Of a DNA stretch of 64,000 nucleotides, positions 59,800 to 64,000 are shown in pieces. This DNA is from Candidatus Thorarchaeota archaeon (lineage in GTDB: Archaea; Asgardarchaeota; Thorarchaeia; Thorarchaeales; Thorarchaeaceae), in assembly GCA_046758445.1 (NCBI GenBank), contig JBHIAE010000005.1, forward strand, positions 37,070 to 101,069. Reading direction: 5' to 3'. Position 1 is the stretch's first letter. Every line of letters begins with the position of its first letter. Position numbers and translations under genes: made by a program. A model generated the notes under the pieces. The model ran no database searches. It saw nothing but the letters and a program-made list of their open reading frames with translations, and was not told the origin of the DNA.

Positions 59800-60711
59800 A
59801 TGCTGATGACGATTACAATGACAGAGGGGGCCGAATCCTTGAGTGAGTCGAGTAGCATCTGGTCTCGCCTAGACCTTCTCACGGTAGGGGCTCTGATGTT
59901 GACTATCGCGGCTGTCTGGCGAATCGTGGATGTCTTTGTACTGGGTTTAGGGAACACATGGGTCAATATTCTACCTTCAAAGCTGTTTCCTATGCTGATC
60001 CTAGTTGGATTCTTCTGGTTCTACAGAAGAGGAGAAACTCAAACCGTCCTTGGACTGTCAGGAAACCGCTTCCGTACGAGTGTAATTGTGGGATTCTTGG
60101 TGGGGGTAACAATCTACGTCTTGATTGATGCTGGAGCCATTGTGCTCTATGGGCTCTTCGTCGATCCTAGTTATCCACTTGAGTTCTCTATCCCCTATAC
60201 CGAACTTCTCTGGTATCAATTATTGTTCTTCTCCACCAATGCAGTCTTGGAAGAAACATTGTTCCGAGGGCTGATTCAGAATGGGCTCAAAACTCGAATC
60301 TCTGTCAGATGGTCAATATTGACATCTGCATTCCTCTTCTCAGTCTGGCACTTGGTCTGGCCAGTGGTCAACGCAACGCCAGATGGATTCAGCGTATCTG
60401 AGGCGGTTGGTATCATGGTGTTCTCACTTGTCTTTGGCGCTTTCCAGGGAGTGTACTACGAACACTTCTCTGATGGCAGTAGTCTTGTTGGTCCGATAGT
60501 TGCTCACACATTGGTCAACTTCTTCAATGAGAGCTTTAGGATTGGCCCTGAACCATTGATACAGGGACCAGATGTGGCATATTCAAGTCCGGTCCTCACA
60601 GGCATGATGTTAGTCATGTTCTTGCTTACTATGACGATATTGTTGATTCTGATGTCGAAGTACCGCGTCGATCAGGTCGATTCACTCCGAGAGCGGATGA
60701 GAGGACATTGA
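59800..60711 (+). CDS. CPBP-family intramembrane metalloprotease (CAAX protease / Abi), second copy in the window
   Basis: 'LEETLFRGL' (motif 1), 'FSVWH' (motif 2) and a C-terminal 'H..VN' in an 8-TM protein. Confidence 0.7.
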   Translation: MLMTITMTEGAESLSESSSIWSRLDLLTVGALMLTIAAVWRIVDVFVLGLGNTWVNILPSKLFPMLILVGFFWFYRRGETQTVLGLSGNRFRTSVIVGFLVGVTIYVLIDAGAIVLYGLFVDPSYPLEFSIPYTELLWYQLLFFSTNAVLEETLFRGLIQNGLKTRISVRWSILTSAFLFSVWHLVWPVVNATPDGFSVSEAVGIMVFSLVFGAFQGVYYEHFSDGSSLVGPIVAHTLVNFFNESFRIGPEPLIQGPDVAYSSPVLTGMMLVMFLLTMTILLILMSKYRVDQVDSLRERMRGH

Positions 60712-60782
60712 AGCTAACGTTGCGGGATTGATTCTCTGGGCTTAAATCAGCTTGTCGGAACTAGATTGCGTTCATAGATCAT

Positions 60783-61472
60783 ATGCGGTGGACAACAATG
60801 CAGACACTAAGCGATGTTACTGTCACCTCGGTCTTGGTCACAATAGGCCTCTCAGTTCTGATGGCCGCCTACCTGATTCGAATGTGGTTTCATCAGGAAC
60901 ATAGGCTCAATACAGACCTTCCGCTGATGTTTGGGATTGTCTTCATGGCGCAGGCTGTGAATAATCTGATCAGGCTGCTTCCCATGGTCGGCATTCTTGA
61001 GATGACGCTGGAGCTGTTCAGAGTACGAGCACTAGTCATCATAGCCACTTCGTTTCCTCTCCTTGGAGTTGTGTTACACATATGGCTACCCGGCATCCGC
61101 AGGCATCACATGAAGATACTAGGTGCTCTTGTGGCATATTGGGTGACTGCCGCCCTTCTTGGGCCAACCGAGGAAACGATCATCCTACTAGTTATGCCTG
61201 TCATTCTCACATTGACCATTGGGATGGTTCTTACGTTTGCGGTTACTTGGAAGACCGGTCGTTTGAAGGAAGTGAGAAGCGATCTCATGGTAGTCTCTTT
61301 CATCTTTGGGATTCTGAGCCAAGTCGTAGCCACAGACATCCTTCTCAACAATGTCTTGACAGCTGTGGCAACTGTAGTGGCGACCCTTGGGCTCACCAAT
61401 CCATGGAGAAGCCGAAAGACCAGGGAAATGACAACGCGACCTGCAATCGTCCCTCGTAGCAGGTTGGCTTAG
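60783..61472 (+). CDS. Polytopic membrane protein, paralog A of a tandem pair
   Basis: 229 aa with about 6 TM segments. About 45-50% identical to the next ORF, including 'TFAVTWKTGRLKEVRSDLMV'. Confidence 0.55.
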   Translation: MRWTTMQTLSDVTVTSVLVTIGLSVLMAAYLIRMWFHQEHRLNTDLPLMFGIVFMAQAVNNLIRLLPMVGILEMTLELFRVRALVIIATSFPLLGVVLHIWLPGIRRHHMKILGALVAYWVTAALLGPTEETIILLVMPVILTLTIGMVLTFAVTWKTGRLKEVRSDLMVVSFIFGILSQVVATDILLNNVLTAVATVVATLGLTNPWRSRKTREMTTRPAIVPRSRLA

Positions 61473-61547
61473 TCGTCAAATGAATCTTGATCTCCGATTG
61501 GTCAATCATTCTACGAGCTCATATCCAGCCTGGATGACGAACTATCG

Positions 61548-62231
61548 ATGCTGACTATTAGGTGCAGACTCATGCAAGTCGTCTTTGATACTAGTTCCAT
61601 TGCAAGCATCATAGCATCACTGTTGTCAGGAGTTCTGGCCGTCTACCTTATCAGATTCTGGTTCCGACAGGAGAGTCGGCTGCTCACTGACTTGCCACTG
61701 ATGTTCGGAATCGCATTCATTGCACATGCGTTAAACCAGTCAATGGTCTTGTTCCAGGGCTCAGGGTACTTTGAGGTCACACTCCAAATGTTTCGCATAA
61801 GAGCCCTAATCGTGGGTGGAATAGCCCTCCCCCTAGTGGGAGTTGTGCTTCACATTTGGCTTCCCAGAATCAGCAAGTTTCACATTCGTATCATAGGGCT
61901 AGTAGCAGCCTATTGGGTCTCAGTAGTGTTCTTGGGACCGTTTCAGGATACTATAATGCTGCTCCATCTCCCCGTGATTGTAGTACTCATGGGCGGCATG
62001 ATTGTGACATTTGCTGTAACTTGGAAGATTGGCAGGCTCAAAGAAGTCCGCAGTGACCTTATGGTCTTCTCATCTGTGCTTTCTTTGGTGGGTCAGCTGA
62101 CCCTCGTATCCTTTGCGGCATTGGGATTGGGAATCGCTTCGAGCACGATTGCCGTGATTGCGACTCTTTGTGCGACTCTAGGCCTTGTTAATCCATGGTA
62201 TACTGAGCCGACTCCTGTGTCCCCCATCTAA
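61548..62231 (+). CDS. Polytopic membrane protein, paralog B of a tandem pair
   Basis: 227 aa, co-linear with paralog A and sharing the 'TFAVTWKIGRLKEVRSDLMV' block. Confidence 0.55.
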   Translation: MLTIRCRLMQVVFDTSSIASIIASLLSGVLAVYLIRFWFRQESRLLTDLPLMFGIAFIAHALNQSMVLFQGSGYFEVTLQMFRIRALIVGGIALPLVGVVLHIWLPRISKFHIRIIGLVAAYWVSVVFLGPFQDTIMLLHLPVIVVLMGGMIVTFAVTWKIGRLKEVRSDLMVFSSVLSLVGQLTLVSFAALGLGIASSTIAVIATLCATLGLVNPWYTEPTPVSPI

Positions 62232-62364
62232 CGGCCGCGAAGAAGATGGGCGAGTGTCAAAACCAGCAAAGTCAAGGTTCCAAATGTCGATTGTTAATAA
62301 TGTCTGCAGAGGTCAAAGCTTCAATTACTCAATCTTTGGAATCGTGGAATATCGATCTGTCTTC

Positions 62365-63966
62365 TCAGACGGCGAGTGCCGTAAGACTCCAGTTGATGTA
62401 GAACACTGATTTGGTGTGATGTCCTGAAATTACATTGTCTGTCAGGCGAACTGTGAAAAGAACCTGCCAGCCTTGCTCTAGTTCTGTCGCCCATGGCCAG
62501 AACCACGCGTCGAATGTAACAAGATAGTTCGACCCCCTTTCCCTGATGTAGATGAGTTTTTCCCGGGGTGTCATGTTCAGGTGTACCATGTCTGGTGTTG
62601 TTAGTCCCACGAGATCAATGGTTGTCCTATTGCTGAAGAATGCAATAGCTCCAGCATCAACCATTGCTATGACTGCATCTTCAGGAGTGTTCTCTTGAAG
62701 CCACTTTCCAATCACGACTTGCTGCTCATTGATGTTCTTGATGGAATTGCCGTAGAGGTCTGCTTGATCCATGTATCCAACTGTAGAAGGAACAATCAAC
62801 AATAGGACTAGGACAATTCCCAGGATCCTAATGTCACGCGCGTATTCGGGTTTCTTAACATCAACTGTGAGTCCCTCGATGCCTACTCCTACCCCTGCTA
62901 CGGTCAGCAACAAAAGAAGATTGAATATTGGGACTAGGTATCTTGCATTATTGATGAGGGCCTGCATTGGCATACTTAGTCTGTAGGCTCCGGTTAACCC
63001 TGCAGCAAAGGCCCACATGGTGGCACAACCGGTCTTCCCTTTTGCCATCAAATACGCTCCTCCAACGAAGCCTCCCATGATGAATGGAAGCTCTATCAAC
63101 CATACCCTCCACCAGAAGCTCCATACCTCAATGTCCCATTGCGTCGGCCCGTGTACCTTGGCAAAGAAGGTGTCTGGAAGTGGAGTTCCGTTGATAGATA
63201 TGCAATGAAGGATCCAAGGAGAAGCCACAATCAACGAAACCGCAAGCATAGCTCCGAGTGATTGAGCTCTCTTCATAGTAAGCTCCCCACTTTCCCATAC
63301 TCTGACGATTCTCATCGGAAAACACAATGCGACCAGTAACATTCCCTCTGGTCGGGAAAGGTAGATTAGTCCACAGGCAATGCCAAGGAGAATGTCATAC
63401 CTCCTCCCTGGAATCTCAAGAAGTACAAGGGCAAGAAGAATCGTGAACATGAAAATGGGCAGTTCCATTCCTGACAACATAAGCCACGTGTTCCGAGGTA
63501 CAAGGACAAACCCAACAATCGCTGGAACGCTCCAAATGTAGCGACCAGTGTAACGGAACGCAAGGAGGCCAACGAGGAAGGAACTCCCGACATATAATAT
63601 AGCTGAAACGACATACACGCCAAAGATGATACTTGTTTCATCCTGTGCAAAGACGAAGACTGACGAGAGAATCACTGCCCATAAGGGGCTTGTCGCTCCT
63701 GCGCTGGGAACTCCGGAAGAATACTCCCAAGCTCTTCCTTCAAAGACTGTTCTTGCATACTGAAGATGTATCCATGAGTCATCCAAGGTGAAACCTACGT
63801 CTGTCCACGCAAACAACGTCAAGAGATAATGGATACATGAGAGCAGCGTCACCACTGCTGCAATCAAAAACAGGTGGATGTTCGGATTGATGGACCGAAT
63901 TCTGGCTACGAACCTTAGGAGCCTCTCCAGACTAGGATTCTGCTTCCATCCCTCGCCTTGAACCAA
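62365..63966 (-). CDS. Large polytopic membrane protein, possibly a GT-C-type (ArnT/PMT-like) glycosyltransferase
   Basis: 533 aa with more than 10 TM helices and a C-terminal soluble domain. The architecture resembles GT-C enzymes. No motif confirmed. Confidence 0.4.
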   Translation of the reverse strand: MVQGEGWKQNPSLERLLRFVARIRSINPNIHLFLIAAVVTLLSCIHYLLTLFAWTDVGFTLDDSWIHLQYARTVFEGRAWEYSSGVPSAGATSPLWAVILSSVFVFAQDETSIIFGVYVVSAILYVGSSFLVGLLAFRYTGRYIWSVPAIVGFVLVPRNTWLMLSGMELPIFMFTILLALVLLEIPGRRYDILLGIACGLIYLSRPEGMLLVALCFPMRIVRVWESGELTMKRAQSLGAMLAVSLIVASPWILHCISINGTPLPDTFFAKVHGPTQWDIEVWSFWWRVWLIELPFIMGGFVGGAYLMAKGKTGCATMWAFAAGLTGAYRLSMPMQALINNARYLVPIFNLLLLLTVAGVGVGIEGLTVDVKKPEYARDIRILGIVLVLLLIVPSTVGYMDQADLYGNSIKNINEQQVVIGKWLQENTPEDAVIAMVDAGAIAFFSNRTTIDLVGLTTPDMVHLNMTPREKLIYIRERGSNYLVTFDAWFWPWATELEQGWQVLFTVRLTDNVISGHHTKSVFYINWSLTALAV

Positions 63967-64000
63967 TTTCCTCTCTCAATCGCGTCGTATAGGCAAGTGC

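Noticed and set aside
1-64000. Mobile element, prophage or integrated plasmid
   Set aside because: No integrase, transposase, recombinase, terminal inverted repeats or tRNA-flanked boundaries. Base composition appears uniform by eye. I did not compute a GC skew or k-mer profile, which would be the decisive test.

Overview
This window reads as a gene-dense archaeal chromosomal segment of about 50% GC with genes on both strands. There are roughly 55 protein-coding genes. I found no rRNA, tRNA, CRISPR array, integrase or transposase. Several protein families point to an archaeon, possibly Asgard-like, but this is inference from protein motifs only: a ubiquitin-like SAMP/MoaD ending in GG, two Roadblock/LC7 genes, an LRR protein, a tungsten-type aldehyde:ferredoxin oxidoreductase and an F420-type luciferase-like oxidoreductase. 

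From 0 to 12 kb is a metabolic block. It holds phosphoserine aminotransferase (truncated at the window edge), KDPG aldolase, a PfkB/KDG-kinase-like kinase, a large glycyl-radical enzyme with no activase anywhere in the window, a class I/II aminotransferase, an RraA-family protein, a URO-D-family protein, and a GlcD-like FAD oxidase with a CCG-domain Fe-S subunit. 

From 12 to 34 kb the genes are: a SAMP-like small protein beside a solitary Mrr-like restriction endonuclease; an APC-type permease; a cluster of two DUF917 paralogs with a metallophosphoesterase, an Asp/Glu/hydantoin racemase and an MFS transporter; an F420-LLM oxidoreductase, AOR and polyferredoxin; a 734-aa Eco57I-family N6-adenine DNA methyltransferase with no partner nuclease; a DegT aminotransferase; and an AlkA-like glycosylase. 

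From 34 to 49 kb the genes are: an ABC-2 permease, a CPBP (CAAX/Abi) intramembrane protease, a membrane-anchored subtilase, Roadblock/LC7, an 11-repeat LRR protein, a 2025-aa repeat-rich surface protein with a C-terminal transmembrane anchor and an acidic cytoplasmic tail, a DUF99-like protein, an HD hydrolase, a tandem-Roadblock protein and a multi-wHTH regulator. 

From 49 to 64 kb the genes are: a RimK-like ATP-grasp ligase, a coiled-coil protein, an ABC-2 exporter, a gamma-carbonic-anhydrase-like protein, three co-oriented unknowns, an HAD hydrolase, an FAD/NAD disulfide oxidoreductase, a second CPBP protease followed by two tandem paralogous membrane proteins, and a large polytopic membrane protein. 

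The best candidates for something uncharacterised are: (a) the activase-less glycyl-radical enzyme in a KDG/KDPG context; (b) the DUF917/racemase/phosphoesterase cluster; (c) the Roadblock–LRR–giant-surface-protein–tandem-Roadblock locus with no GTPase; and (d) the CPBP-plus-tandem-paralog membrane module. I cannot verify any of these without database searches.
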